Positions 12,801 to 28,918 of a stretch of 64,000 bases of DNA are shown piece by piece; position 1 is the stretch's first letter, and every line of letters begins with the position of its first letter. Location: NCBI GenBank assembly GCA_964016885.1, contig OZ024742.1:1302001-1366000 (forward strand). Reading direction: 5' to 3'. Position numbers and translations under genes: made by a program. Origin of the DNA: Eledone cirrhosa. Its lineage: Eukaryota. Under the pieces are notes generated by a model that was given only the letters and a program-made list of their open reading frames with translations, had not been told where the DNA came from and did not search any database.

Positions 12801-15800
12801 TCCACAAACTAGCCCCACAACTCAGCAAACTCCACAAACTAGCCCCACAACACATCCAACCCCACAAACTAGCCCCACAACACATCCAGCTCCACAAACT
12901 AGCCCCACAACTCATCAAACTCCACAAACTAGCCCCACAACACATCCAACTCCACAAACTAGCCCCACAACTCATCAAACTCCACAAACTAGCCCCACAA
13001 CACATCCAACCCCACAAACTAGCCCCACAACACATCCAGCTCCACAAACTAGCCCCACAACTCATCAAACTCCACAAACTAGCCCCACAACACATCCAGC
13101 TCCACAAACTAGCCCCACAACACATCCAACTCCACAAACTAGCCCCACAACACATCCAACTCCACAAACGAGCCCCACAACACATCCAACCCCACAAACT
13201 AGCCCCACAACACATCCAACTCCACAAACTAGCCCCACAACACATCCAACCCCACAAACTAGCCCCACAACACATCCAACTCCACAAACTAGCCCCACAA
13301 CACATCCAACCCCACAACACATCCAGCTCCACAAACGAGCCCCACAACACATCCAACCCCACAAACTAGCCCCACAACACATCCAACTCCACAAACTAGC
13401 CCCACAACACATCCAACCCCACAAACTAGCCCCACAACACATCCAACTCCACAAACTAGCCCCACAACACATCCAACCCCACAACACATCCAGCTCCACA
13501 AACTAGCCCCACAACACATCCAACTCCACAAACTAGCCCCACAACACATCCAACCCCACAACACATCCAGCTCCACAAACTAGCCCCACAACACATCCAG
13601 CTCCACAAACTAGCCCCACAACTCATCAAACTCCACAAACTAGCCCCACAACACATCCAACCCCACAAACTAGCCCCACAACACATCCAGCTCCACAAAC
13701 TAGCCCCACAACACATCCAGCTCCACAAACTAGCCCCACAACACATCCAACCCCACAAACTAGCCCCACAACACATCCAGCTCCACAAACTAGCCCCACA
13801 ACTCATCAAACCCCACAAACTAGCCCCACAACACATCCAACTCCACAACACATCCAGCTCCACAAACTAGCCCCACAACTCATCAAACTCCACAAACTAG
13901 CCCCACAACACATCCAGCTCCACAAACTAGCCCCACAACACATCCAACCCCACAAACTAGCCCCACAACACATCCAACTCCACAACACATCCAGCTCCAC
14001 AAACGAGCCCCACAACACATCCAGCTCCACAAACTAGCCCCACAACACATCCAACTCCACAAACTAGCCCCACAACACATCCAACCCCACAAACTAGCCC
14101 CACAACACATCCAACTCCACAACACATCCAGCTCCACAAACGAGCCCCACAACACATCCAGCTCCACAAACTAGCCCCACAACTCATCAAACTCCACAAA
14201 CTAGCCCCACAACACATCCAGCTCCACAAACTAGCCCCACAACACATCCAACTCCACAAACTAGCCCCACAACACATCCAACCCCACAAACTAGCCCCAC
14301 AACACATCCAACCCCACAACACATCCAGCTCCACAAACTAGCCCCACAACACATCCAACCCCACAAACTAGCCCCACAACACATCCAGCTCCACAAACTA
14401 GCCCCACAACACATCCAACCCCACAAACTAGCCCCACAACACATCCAGCTCCACAAACTAGCCCCACAACTCATCAAACTCCACAAACTAGCCCCACAAC
14501 ACATCCAGCTCCACAAACTAGCCCCACAACACATCCAATCCCACAAACTAGCCCCACAACACATCCAACCCCACAACACATCCAGCTCCACAAACGAGCC
14601 CCACAACACATCCAACTCCACAAACTAGCCCCACAACACATCCAACCCCACAAACTAGCCCCACAACACATCCAACTCCACAAACTAGCCCCACAACACA
14701 TCCAACCCCACAACACATCCAGCTCCACAAACTAGCCCCACAACACATCCAACTCCACAAACTAGCCCCACAACACATCCAACCCCACAACACATCCAGC
14801 TCCACAAACTAGCCCCACAACACATCCAGCTCCACAAACTAGCCCCACAACACATCCAACTCCACAAACTAGCCCCACAACACATCCAACCCCACAACAC
14901 ATCAAACTCCACAAACTAGCCCCACAACACATCCAGCTCCACAAACTAGCCCCACAACACATCCAACCCCACAAACTAGCCCCACAACACATCCAAACCC
15001 ACAAACTATCCCCACAACACATCCAAACCCACAAACTAGCCCCACAACACATCCAGCTCCACAAACTAGCCCCACAACTCATCAAACTCCACAAACTAGC
15101 CCCACAACACATCCAACTCCACAAACTAGCCCCACAACTCATCAAACTCCACAAACTAGCCCCACAACTCATCAAACTCCACAAACTAGCCCCACAACAC
15201 ATCCAGCTCCACAAACTAGCCCCACAACACATCAAACTCCACAAACTAGCCCCACAACACATCCAACTCCACAAACTAGCCCCACAACACATCCAACCCC
15301 ACAAACTAGCCCCACAACACATCCAGCTCCACAAACTAGCCCCACAACACATCCAACTCCACAAACTAGCCCCACAACACATCCAACCCCACAAACTAGC
15401 CCCACAACACATCCAACCCCACAAACTAGCCCCACAACACATCCAGCTCCACAAACTAGCCCCACAACACATCCAACCCCACAAACTAGCCCCACAACAC
15501 ATCCAACCCCACAAACTAGCCCCACAACACATCCAGCTCCACAAACTAGCCCCACAACACATCCAACCCCACAAACTAGCCCCACAACACATCCAACTCC
15601 ACAAACTAGCCCCACAACACATCCAACCCCACAAACTAGCCCCACAACACATCCAACCCCACAAACTAGCCCCACAACACATCAAACTCCACAAACTAGC
15701 CCCACAACACATCCAACTCCACAAACTAGCCCCACAACACATCCAACCCCACAAACTAGCCCCACAACACATCCAGCTCCACAAACTAGCCCCACAACAC

Positions 15801-18800
15801 ATCAAACTCCACAAACTAGCCCCACAACACATCCAACTCCACAAACTAGCCCCACAACACATCCAACCCCACAAACTAGCCCCACAACACATCCAGCTCC
15901 ACAAACTAGCCCCACAACACATCCAACCCCACAAACTAGCCCCACAACACATCCAACTCCACAAACTAGCCCCACAACACATCCAACCCCACAAACTAGC
16001 CCCACAACACATCCAACCCCACAAACTAGCCCCACAACACATCCAACCCCACAACACATTCAACTCCACAAACTAGCCCCACAACACATCCAACCCCACA
16101 AACTAGCCCCACAACACATCCAGCTCCACAAACTAGCCCCACAACACATCCAACTCCACAAACTAGCCCCACAACACATCCAACCCCACAAACTAGCCCC
16201 ACAACACATCCAGCTCCACAAACTAGCCCCACAACACATCCAACCCCACAAACTAGCCCCACAACACATCCAACCCCACAAACTAGCCCCACAACACATC
16301 CAACTCCACAAACTAGCCCCACAACACATCCAGCTCCACAAACTAGCCCCAAAACTCATCAAACTCCACAAACTAGCCCCACAACACATCCAACCCCACA
16401 AACTAGCCCCACAACACATCCAACTCCACAAACTAGCCCCACAACACATCCAGCTCCACAAACTAGCCCCACAAACTAGCCCCACAACACATCCAGCTCC
16501 ACAAACTAGCCCCACAACACATCCAACTCCACAAACTAGCCCCACAACACATCCAGCTCCACAAACTAGCCCCACAAACTAGCCCCACAACACATCCAGC
16601 TCCACAAACTAGCCCCACAACACATCCAGCTCCACAAACTAGCCCCACAACACATCCAGCTCCACAAACTAGCCCCACAAACTAGCCCCACAACACATCC
16701 AGCTCCACAAACTAGCCCCACAACACATCCAGCTCCACAAACTAGCCCCACAACACATCCAGCTCCACAAACTAGCCCCACAAACTAGCCCCACAACACA
16801 TCCAGCTCCACAAACTAGCCCCACAACACATCCAGCTCCACAAACTAGCCCCACAACAGATCCAGCTCCACAAACTAGCCCCACAACACATCCAACCCCA
16901 CAAACTAGCCCCACAACACATCCAGCTCCACAAACTAGCCCCACAACACATCCAACCCCACAAACTAGCCCCACAACACATCCAGCTCCACAAACTAGCC
17001 CCACAACACATCCAACCCCACAAACTAGCCCCACAAGACATCCAACTCCACAAACTAGCCCCACAACACATCCAGCTCCACAAACTAGCCCCACAACTCA
17101 TCAAACTCCACAAACTAGCCCCACAACACATCCAACCCCACAAACTAGCCCCACAACACATCCAGCTCCACAAACTAGCCCCACAACACATCCAACCCCA
17201 CAAACTAGCCCCACAACACATCCAACCCCACAAACTGGCCCCACAACACATCCAGCTCCACAAACTAGCCCCACAACACATCCAACCCCACAAACTAGCC
17301 CCACAACACATCCAGCTCCACAAACTAGCCCCACAACTCATCAAACTCCACAAACTAGCCCCACAACACATCCAACTCCACAAACTAGCCCCACAACTCA
17401 TCAAACTCCACAAACTAGCCCCACAACACATCCAACCCCACAAACTAGCCCCACAACTCATCCAACCCCACAACACATCCAACTCCACAAACTAGCCCCA
17501 CAACTCATCAAACTCCACAAACTAGCCCCACAACACATCCAACCCCACAAACTAGCCCCACAACACATCCAACTCCACAAACTAGCCCCACAACACATCC
17601 AACCCCACAAACTAGCCCCACAACACATCCAACCCCACAAACTAGCCCCACAACACATCCAACTCCACAAACTAGCCCCACAACACATCCAACCCCACAA
17701 ACTAGCCCCACAACACATCCAACCCCACAAACTAGCCCCACAACACATCCAACCCCACAAACTAGCCCCACAACACATCCAACTCCACAAACTAGCCCCA
17801 CAACACATCCAACTCCACAAACTAGCCCCACAACACATCCAACTCCACAAACTAGCCCCACAACTCATCAAACTCCACAAACTAGCCCCACAACACATCC
17901 AACCCCACAAACTAGCCCCACAACACATCCAACTCCACAAACTAGCCCCACAACACATCCAACCCCACAAACTAGCCCCACAACACATCCAACCCCACAA
18001 ACTAGCCCCACAACACATCCAACTCCACAAACTAGCCCCACAACACATCCAACCCCACAAACTAGCCCCACAACACATCCAACCCCACAAACTAGCCCCA
18101 CAACACATCCAACCCCACAAACTAGCCCCACAACACATCCAACTCCACAAACTAGCCCCACAACTCATCAAACTCCACAAACTAGCCCCACAACACATCC
18201 AACCCCACAAACTAGCCCCACAACACATCCAACTCCACAAACTAGCCCCACAAACTAGCCCCACAACACATCCAACTCCACAAACTAGCCCCACAACACA
18301 TCCAACCCCACAACTCATCCAACTCCACAAACTAGCCCCACAAACTAGCCCCACAACACATCCAACTCCACAAACTAGCCCCACAACTCATCAAACTCCA
18401 CAAACTAGCCCCACAACACATCCAACCCCACAAACTAGCCCCACAACACATCCAACTCCACAAACTAGCCCCACAAACTAGCCCCACAACACATCCAACC
18501 CCACAAACTAGCCCCACAACACATCCAACCCCACAAACTAGCCCCACAACACATCCAACCCCACAAACTAGCCCCACAACACATCCAACCCCACAAACTA
18601 GCCCCACAACACATCCAACCCCACAAACTAGCCCCACAACACATCCAACTCCACAAACTAGCCCCACAAACTAGCCCCACAACACATCCAACCCCACAAA
18701 CTAGCCCCACAACACATCCAACTCCACAAACTAGCCCCACAAACTAGCCCCACAACACATCCAATCCCACAAACTAGCCCCACAACACATCCAACCCCAC

Positions 18801-19490
18801 AAACTAGCCCCACAACACATCCAACTCCACAAACTAGCCCCACAACACATCCAACTCCACAAACTAGCCCCACAACACATCCAATCCCACAAACTAGCCC
18901 CACAACACATCCAACTCCACAAACTAGCCCCACAACACATCCAGCTCCACAAACTAGCCCCACAACACATCCAACCCCACAAACTAGCCCCACAACACAT
19001 CCAACTCCACAAACTAGCCCCACAACACATCCAGCTCCACAAACTAGCCCCACAACACATCCAACTCCACAAACTAGCCCCACAACACATCCAACTCCAC
19101 AAACTAGCCCCACAACACATCCAACCCCACAAACTAGCCCCACAACTCATCAAACTCCACAAACTAGCCCCACAACACATCCAGCTCCACAAACTAGCCC
19201 CACAACACATCCAACTCCACAAACTAGCCCCACAACACATCCAACTCCACAAACTAGCCCCACAACACATCCAGCTCCACAAACTAGCTCCACAACACAT
19301 CCAACTCCACAAACTAGCCCCACAACACATCCAGCTCCACAAACTAGCCCCACAACACATCCAACTCCACAAACTAGCCCCACAACACATCCAACTCCAC
19401 AAACTAGCCCTAAAAAAAAAAAACATCCAGCTCCACAAACTAGACCCACAACCCAGCCTCATAACCTAGTTCCACAGCACAGCCAGCCCC
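6838..19490. repeat. 30-bp minisatellite/satellite, ~12.6 kb (~420 units), 13+17 bp substructure
   Basis: Unit CCACAAACTAGCC-CCACAACACATCCAAC(T/C) repeated head-to-tail; variants CCAGCT and ACTCATCAAACT; occasional loss of the 13- or 17-bp half. Confidence 0.99.
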
Positions 19491-19695
19491 ACAATCAATT
19501 TATTGGTCTGTGATATAAGTCAGTTATCTGATAAACAGAAGATCAAATAGAAGCAATGAGAAAAGCTCAGACTTATCAAAGTAGATAAATTGCTGGCCTT
19601 GTACCTGAAACTGCCCACGGTAGTGTCCCTGCATGCTCAATGGGCTCAGTTCCTGAAGATGTTCTAAATCCAACTGGACAATCATCCACCAATGT

Positions 19696-22600
19696 CAGAA
19701 CCAAGAGGAGACTATCTCACCCAAATAAACTATACACCAACTCCCTAAACTGACACTCACCCCCTACAGAACCAAGAAGGGACTATCTCACCCATGAAAA
19801 CTATACACCTTCAACTCCCTAAACTGTCACTCACCCCCTACAAAACCAAGAGGGGACTATCTCACCCAAAGAAACTATACACCTTCAACCCCCTAAACTG
19901 TCACCCCTTACAGAACCAAGAAGGGACTATCTTGCCCAAAGATACTATACACCTTCAACTGCCTAAACTGTCACTCACCCCCTACAGAACCAAGAGGAGA
20001 CTATCTCACCCAAAGATACTATACACCTTCAACTCCCTAAACTGTCACTCACCCCCTACAAAACCAAGAGGGGACTATCTCACCCAAAGAAACTATACAC
20101 CTTCAACCCCCTAAACTGTCACCCCTTACAGAACCAAGAAGGGACTATCTTACCCAAAGAAACTATACACCTTCAACTGCCTAAACTGTCACTCACCCCC
20201 TACAGAACCAAGAGGAGACTATCTCACCCAAAGATACTATACACCTTCAACTCCCTAAACTGTCACTCACCCCCTACAAAACCAAGAGGGGACTATCTCA
20301 CCCAAAGATACTATACACCTTCAACTCCCTAAACTGTCACTCCCTACAGAACCAAGAGGGGACTATCTTACCCAAAGATACTATACACCTTCAACTCCCT
20401 AAACTGTCACTCATCCCCTACAGAACCAAGAGGGGACTATCTCACCCAAAGATACTATACACCTTCAACTCCCTAAACTATCACTCCCTACAGAACCAAG
20501 AGTGGAGTATCTCACCCAAAGATACTATACACCTTCAACTCCCTAAACTGTCACTCACCCCCTACAGAACCAAGAGGGGACTATCTCACCCAAAGATACT
20601 ATACACCTTCAACTCCCTAAACTGTCACTCACCCCCTACAAAACCAAGAGGGGACTATCTCACCCAAAGATACTATACACCTTTAACTCCCTAAACTGTC
20701 ACTCACCCCCTACAGAACCAAGAGGGGACTATCTCACCCAAAGATACTATACACCTTCAACTCCCTAAACTGTCACTCACCCCCTAAAAAACCAAGAAGG
20801 GACTATCACACCCAAAGATACTATACACCTTCAACTCCCTAAACTGTCACTCATCCCTACAGAACCAAGAGGGGACTATCTCACCCAAAGATACTATACA
20901 CCTTCAACTCCCTAAACTGTCACTCACCCCCTACAGAACCAAGAGGGGACTATCTTACCCAAAGATACTATACACCTTCAACTCCCTAAACTGTCACTCA
21001 TCCCTACAGAACCAAGAGGGGACTATCTCACCCAAAGATACTATACACCTTCAACTCCCTAAACTGTCACTCACCCCCTACAGAACCAAGAGGGGACTAT
21101 CTTACCCAAAGATACTATACACCTTCAACTCCCTAAACTGTCACTCACCCCCTACAGAACCAAGAGTGGACTATCTCACCCAAAGATACTATACACCTTC
21201 AACTCCCTAAACTGTCACTCACCCCCTACAGAACCAAGAGGGGACTATCTCACCCAAAGATACTATACACCTTCAACTCCCTAAACTGTCACTCCCTACA
21301 GAACCAAGAGGGGACTATCTCACCCAAAGATACTATACACCTTCAACTCCCTAAACTGTCACTCACCCCCTACAGAACCAAGAGGGGACTATCTCACCCA
21401 AAGATACTATACACCTTCAACCCCCTAAACTGTCACTCCCTACAGAACCAAGAGGGGACTATCTCACCCAAAGATACTATACACCTTCAACTCCCTAAAC
21501 TGTCACTCACCCCCTACAGAACCAAGAAGTGACTATCTCACCCAAAGATACTATACACCTTCAACCCCCTAAACTGTCACTCCCTACAGAACCAAGAGGG
21601 GACTATCTCACCCAAAGATACTATACACCTTCAACTCCCTAAACTGTCACTCCCTACAGAACCAAGAGGGGACTATCTCACCCAAAGATACTATACACCT
21701 TCAACTCCCTAAACTGTCACTCACCCCCTACAGAACCAAGAGGGGACTATCTCACCCAAAGATACTATACACCTTCAACTCCCTAAACTGTCACTCACCC
21801 CCTACAGAACCAAGAGGGGACTATCTCACCCAAAGATACTATACACCTTCAACTCCCTAAACTGTCACTCACCCCCTACAGAACCAAGAGGGAACTATCT
21901 TACCCAAAGATACTATACACCTTCAACTCCCTAAACAGTCACTCACCCCCTACAGAACCAAGAGGGGACTATCTTACCCAAAGATACTATACACCTTCAA
22001 CTCCCTAAACTGTCACTCACCCCCTACAGAACCAAGAGGGAACTATCTTACCCAAAGATACTATACACCTTCAACTCCCTAAACAGTCACTCACCCCCTA
22101 CAGAACCAAGAGGGGACTATCTTACCCAAAGATACTATACACCTTCAACTCCCTAAACTGTCACTCACCCCCTACAGAACCAAGAGGGAACTATCTTACC
22201 CAAAGATACTATACACCTTCAACTCCCTAAACTGTCACTCACCCCCTACAGAACCAAGAGGGAACTATCTTACCCAAAGATACTATACACCTTCAACTCC
22301 CTAAACTGTCACTCACCCCCTACAGAACCAAGAGGGGACTATCTCACCCAAAGATACTATACACCTTCAACTCCCTAAACTGTCACTCACCCCCTACAGA
22401 ACCAAGAGGGGACTATCTCACCCAAAGATACTATACACCTTCAACTCCCTAAACTGTCACTCACCTCCTACAGAACCAAGAGGGGACTATCTCACACAAA
22501 GATACTATACACCTTCAACTCCCTAAACTGTCACTCACCCCCTACAGAACCAAGAGGGGACTATCTCACCCAAAGATACTATACACCTTCAACTCCCTAA

Positions 22601-25600
22601 ACTGTCACTCACCCCCTACAGAACCAAGAGGGGACTATCTCACACAAAGATACTATACACCTTCAACTCCCTAAACTGTCACTCACCCCCTACAGAACCA
22701 AGAAGTGACTATCTCACCCAAAGATACTATACACCTTCAACCCCCTAAACTGTCACCCCTTACAAAACCAAGAGGGGACTATCTCACCCAAAGATACTAT
22801 ACACCTTCAACCCCTTAAACTGTCACTCACCCTCTACAGAACCAAGAGGGGACTATCTCACCCAAAGATACTATACACCTTCAACTCCCTAAACTGTCAC
22901 TCACCTCCTACAGAACCAAGAGGGGACTATCTCTCACAAAGATACTATACACCTTCAACTCCCTAAACTGTCACTCACCCCCTACAGAACCAAGAAGTGA
23001 CTATCTCACCCAAAGATACTATACACCTTCAACCCCCTAAACTGTCACCCCTTACAAAACCAAGAGGGGACTATCTCACCCAAAGATACTATACACCTTC
23101 AACTCCCTAAACTGTCACTCACCCCCTACAGAACCAAGAGGGGACTATCTCACCCAAAGATACTATACACCTTCAACTCCCTAAACTGTCACTCACCCCC
23201 TACAGAACCAAGAGGGGACTATCTCACCCAAAGATACTATACACCTTCAACTCCCTAAACTGTCACTCACCTCCTACAGAACCAAGAGGAGACTATCTCA
23301 CACAAAGATACTATACGCCTTCAACTCCCTAAACTGTCACTTGCCCCCTACAGAACCAAGAGGGGACTATCTCACCCAAAGATACTATACACCTTCAACT
23401 CCCTAAACTGTCACTCACCTCCTACAGAACCAAGAGGGGACTATCTCTCACAAAGATACTATACACCTTCAACTCCCTAAACTGTCACTCACCCCCTACA
23501 GAACCAAGAAGTGACTATCTCACCCAAAGATACTATACACCTTCAACCCCCTAAACTGTCACCCCTTACAAAACCAAGAGGGGACTATCTCACCCAAAGA
23601 TACTATACACCTTCAACTCCCTAAACTGTCACTCACCCCCTACAGAACCAAGAGGGGACTATCTCACCCAAAGATACTATACACCTTCAACTCCCTAAAC
23701 TGTCACTCACCTCCTACAGAACCAAGAGGAGACTATCTCACACAAAGATACTATACGCCTTCAACTCCCTAAACTGTCACTTGCCCCCTACAGAACCAAG
23801 AGGGGACTATCTCACCCAAAGATACTATACACCTTCAACTCCCTAAACTGTCACTCACCCCCTACAGAACCAAGAGGGGACTATCTCACCCAAAGATACT
23901 ATACACCTTCAACTCCCTAAACTGTCACTCACCTCCTACAGAACCAAGAGGGGACTATCTCTCACAAAGATACTATACACCTTCAACTCCCTAAACTGTC
24001 ACTCACCCCCTACAGAACCAAGAAGTGACTATCTCACCCAAAGATACTATACACCTTCAACCCCCTAAACTGTCACCCCTTACAAAACCAAGAGGGGACT
24101 ATCTCACCCAAAGATACTATACACCTTCAACTCCCTAAACTGTCACTCACCCCCTACAGAACCAAGAGGGGACTATCTCACCCAAAGATACTATACACCT
24201 TCAACTCCCTAAACTGTCACTCACCCCCTACAGAACCAAGAGGGGACTATCTCACCCAAAGATACTATACACCTTCAACTCCCTAAACTGTCACTCACCC
24301 CCTACAGAACCAAGAAGTGACTATCTCACCCAAAGATACTATACACCTTCAACTCCCTAAACTGTCACTCACCCCCTACAGAACCAAGAGGGGACTATCT
24401 CACCCAAAGATACTATACACTTTCAACTCCCTAAACTGTCACTCACCTCCTACAGAACCAAGAGGGGACTATCTCACCCAAAGATACTATACACCTTCAA
24501 CTCCCTAAACTGTCACTCACCTCCTACAGAACCAAGAGGGGACTATCTCACACAAAGATACTATACACCTTCAACTCCCTAAACTGTCACTCACCCCCTA
24601 CAGAACCAAGAAGTGACTATCTCACCCAAAGATACTATACACCTTCAACCCCCTAAACTGTCACCCCTTACAAAACCAAGAGGGGACTATCTCACCCAAA
24701 GATACTATACACCTTCAACTCCCTAAACTGTCACTCACCTCCTACACAACCAAGAGGGGACTATCTCACACAAAGATACTATACACCTTCAACCCCCTAA
24801 ACTGTCACCCCTTACAAAACCAAGAGGGGACTATCTCACCCAAAGATACTATACACCTTCAACTCCCTAAACTGTCACTCACCTCCTACACAACCAAGAG
24901 GGGACTATCTCACACAAAGATACTATACACCTTCAACTCCCTAAACTGTCACTCCCTACACAACCAAGAGGGGACTATCTCACCCAAAGATACTATACAC
25001 CTTCAACTCCCTAAACTGTCACTCACCCCCTACACAACCAAGAGGGGACTATCTTACCCAAAGATACTATACACCTTCAACTCCCTAAACTGTCACTCAC
25101 CCCCTACACAACCAAGAGGGGACTATCTCACCCAAAGATACTATACACCTTCAACGCCCTAAACTGTCACTCACCCCCTACAGAACCAAGAGGGGACTAT
25201 CTCACCCAAAGATACTATACACCTTCAACTCCCTAAACTGTCACTCACCCCCTACACAACCAAGAGGGGACTATCTTACCCAAAGATACTATACACCTTC
25301 AACTCCCTAAACTGTCACTCACCCCCTACAGAACCAAGAGGGGACTATCTTACCCAAAGATACTATACACCTTCAACTCCCTAAACTGTCACTCACCCCC
25401 TACAGAACCAAGAGGGGACTATCTTACCCAAAGATACTATACACCTTCAACTCCCTAAACTGTCACTCACCCCCTACAGAACCAAGAGGGGACTATCTCA
25501 CCCAAAGATACTATACACCTTCAACTCCCTAAACTGTCACTCATCCCCTACAGAACCAAGAGGGGACTATCTTACCCAAAGATACTATACACCTTCAACT

Positions 25601-28600
25601 CCCTAAACTGTCACTCATCCCCTACAGAACCAAGAGGGGACTATCTTACCCAAAGATACTATACACCTTCAACTCCCTAAACTGTCACTCACCTCTACAG
25701 AACCAAGAGGGGACTATCTCACACAAAGATACTATACACCTTCAACTCCCTAAACTGTCACTCACCCCCTACAGAACCAAGAGGGGACTATCTCACCCAA
25801 AGATACTATACACCTTCAACTCCCTAAACTGTCACTCACCCCCTACAGAACCAAGAGGGGACTATCTCACCCAAAGATACTATACACCTTCAACTCCCTA
25901 AACTGTCACTCACCCCCTACAGAACCAAGAGGGGACTATCTCACCCAAAGATACTATACACCTTCAACTCCCTAAACTGTCACTCACCCCCTACAGAACC
26001 AAGAGGGGACTATCTCACCCAAAGATACTATACACCTTCAACTCCCTAAACTGTCACTCACCCCCTACACAACCAAGAGGGGACTATCTTACCCAAAGAT
26101 ACTATACACCTTCAACTCCCTAAACTGTCACTCACCCCCTACACAACCAAGAGGGGACTATCTTACCCAAAGATACTATACACCTTCAACTCCCTAAACT
26201 GTCACTCACCCCCTACAGAACCAAGAGGGGACTATCTCACCCAAAGATACTATACACCTTCAACTCCCTAAACTGTCACTCACCCCCTACACAACCAAGA
26301 GGGGACTATCTTACCCAAAGATACTATACACCTTCAACTCCCTAAACTGTCACTCACCCCCTACAGAACCAAGAGGGGACTATCTTACCCAAAGATACTA
26401 TACACCTTCAACTCCCTAAACTGTCACTCATCCCCTACAGAACCAAGAGGGGACTATCTTACCCAAAGATACTATACACCTTCAACTCCCTAAACTGTCA
26501 CTCACCCCCTACAGAACCAAGAGGGGACTATCTTACCCAAAGATACTATACACCTTCAACTCCCTAAACTGTCACTCATCCCCTACAGAACCAAGAGGGG
26601 ACTATCTTACCCAAAGATACTATACACCTTCAACTCCCTAAACTGTCACTCACCCCCTACAGAACCAAGAGGGGACTATCTTACCCAAAGATACTATACA
26701 CCTTCAACTCCCTAAACTGTCACTCACCCCCTACAGAACCAAGAGGGGACTATCTTACCCAAAGATACTATACACCTTCAACTCCCTAAACTGTCACTCA
26801 TCCCCTACAGAACCAAGAGGGGACTATCTTACCCAAAGATACTATACACCTTCAACTCCCTAAACTGTCACTCACCCCCTACAGAACCAAGAGGGGACTA
26901 TCTTACCCAAAGATACTATACACCTTCAACTCCCTAAACTGTCACTCATCCCCTACAGAACCAAGAGGGGACTATCTTACCCAAAGATACTATACACCTT
27001 CAACTCCCTAAACTGTCACTCACCCCCTACAGAACCAAGAGGGGACTATCTTACCCAAAGATACTATACACCTTCAACTCCCTAAACTGTCACTCATCCC
27101 CTACAGAACCAAGAGGGGACTATCTTACCCAAAGATACTATACACCTTCAACTCCCTAAACTGTCACTCACCTCTACAGAACCAAGAGGGGACTATCTCA
27201 CACAAAGATACTATACACCTTCAACTCCCTAAACTGTCACTCCCTACAGAACCAAGAGGGGACTATCTCACCCAAAGATACTATACACCTTCAACTCCCT
27301 AAACTGTCACTCACCCCCTACAGAACCAAGAGGGGACTATCTCACCCAAAGATACTATACACCTTCAACCCCCTAAACTGTCACTCCCTACAGAACCAAG
27401 AGGGGACTATCTCACCCAAAGATACTATACACCTTCAACTCCCTAAACTGTCACTCCCTACAGAACCAAGAGGGGACTATCTCACCCAAAGATACTATAC
27501 ACCTTCAACTCCCTAAACTGTCACTCACCCCCTACAGAACCAAGAAGTGACTATCTAACCCAAAGATACTATACACCTTCAACCCCCTAAACTGTCACTC
27601 CCTACAGAACCAAGAGGGGACTATCTCACCCAAAGATACTATACACCTTCAACTCCCTAAACTGTCGCTCCCTACAGAACCAAGAGGGGACTATCTCACC
27701 CAAAGATACTATACACCTTCAACTCCCTAAACTGTCACTCCCTAAACTGTCACTCCCTACAGAACCAAGAGGGGACTATCTTACCCAAAGATACTATACA
27801 CCTTCAACTCCCTAAACTGTCACTCACCCCCTACACAACCAAGAGGGGACTATCTCACCCAAAGATACTATACACCTTCAACTCCCTAAACTGTCACTCC
27901 CTACAGAACCAAGAGGGGACTATCTCACCCAAAGATACTATACACCTTCAACTCCCTAAACTGTCACTCACCCCCTACAGAACCAAGAGGGGACTATCTC
28001 ACCCAAAGATACTATACACCTTCAACCCCCTAAACTGTCACTCCCTACAGAACCAAGAGGGGACTATCTCACCCAAAGATACTATACACCTTCAACTCCC
28101 TAAACTGTCACTCCCTACAGAACCAAGAGGGGACTATCTCACCCAAAGATACTATACACCTTCAACTCCCTAAACTGTCACTCACCCCCTACAGAACCAA
28201 GAAGTGACTATCTAACCCAAAGATACTATACACCTTCAACCCCCTAAACTGTCACTCCCTACAGAACCAAGAGGGGACTATCTCACCCAAAGATACTATA
28301 CACCTTCAACTCCCTAAACTGTCGCTCCCTACAGAACCAAGAGGGGACTATCTCACCCAAAGATACTATACACCTTCAACTCCCTAAACTGTCACTCCCT
28401 AAACTGTCACTCCCTACAGAACCAAGAGGGGACTATCTTACCCAAAGATACTATACACCTTCAACTCCCTAAACTGTCACTCCCTACACAACCAAGAGGG
28501 GACTATCTCACCCAAAGATACTATACACCTTCAACTCCCTAAACTGTCACTCCCTACAGAACCAAGAGGGGACTATCTCACCCAAAGATACTATACACCC

Positions 28601-28918
28601 TCAACTCCCTAAACTGTCACTCCCTACAGAACCAAGAGGGGACTATCTCACACAAAGATACTATACACCTTCAACTCCCTAAACTGTCACTCACCCCCTA
28701 CAGAACCAAGAGTGGACTATCTCACCCAAAGATACTATACACCTTCAACTCCCTAAACTGTCACTCACCCCCTACAGAACCAAGAGTGGACTATCTTACC
28801 CAAAGATACTATACACCTTCAACTCCCTAAACTGTCACTCACCCCCTACAGAACCAAGAGTGGACTATCTCACCCAAAGATACTATACACCTTCAACTCC
28901 CTAAACTGTCACTCACCC
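19696..28918. repeat. 74-bp satellite, ~9.2 kb (~125 units), with 70-bp variants
   Basis: Unit agaaccaagaggggactatctcacccaaagatactatacaccttcaactccctaaactgtcactcaccccctac. Confidence 0.99.

Noticed and set aside
6682-19462. Long Cys/Trp/Gly-rich minus-strand ORFs, including 1346 aa
   Set aside because: Translations of the 30-bp satellite; the unit length is a multiple of 3, frames switch at half-unit indels, and there is no unique domain.
6838-28918. CRISPR-like arrays
   Set aside because: Units are head-to-tail with no unique spacers, there are no cas genes, and the context is eukaryotic.
19696-28918. Telomeric repeats (CCCTAAA in each unit)
   Set aside because: Single motif per 74-bp unit, not a tandem telomere array.
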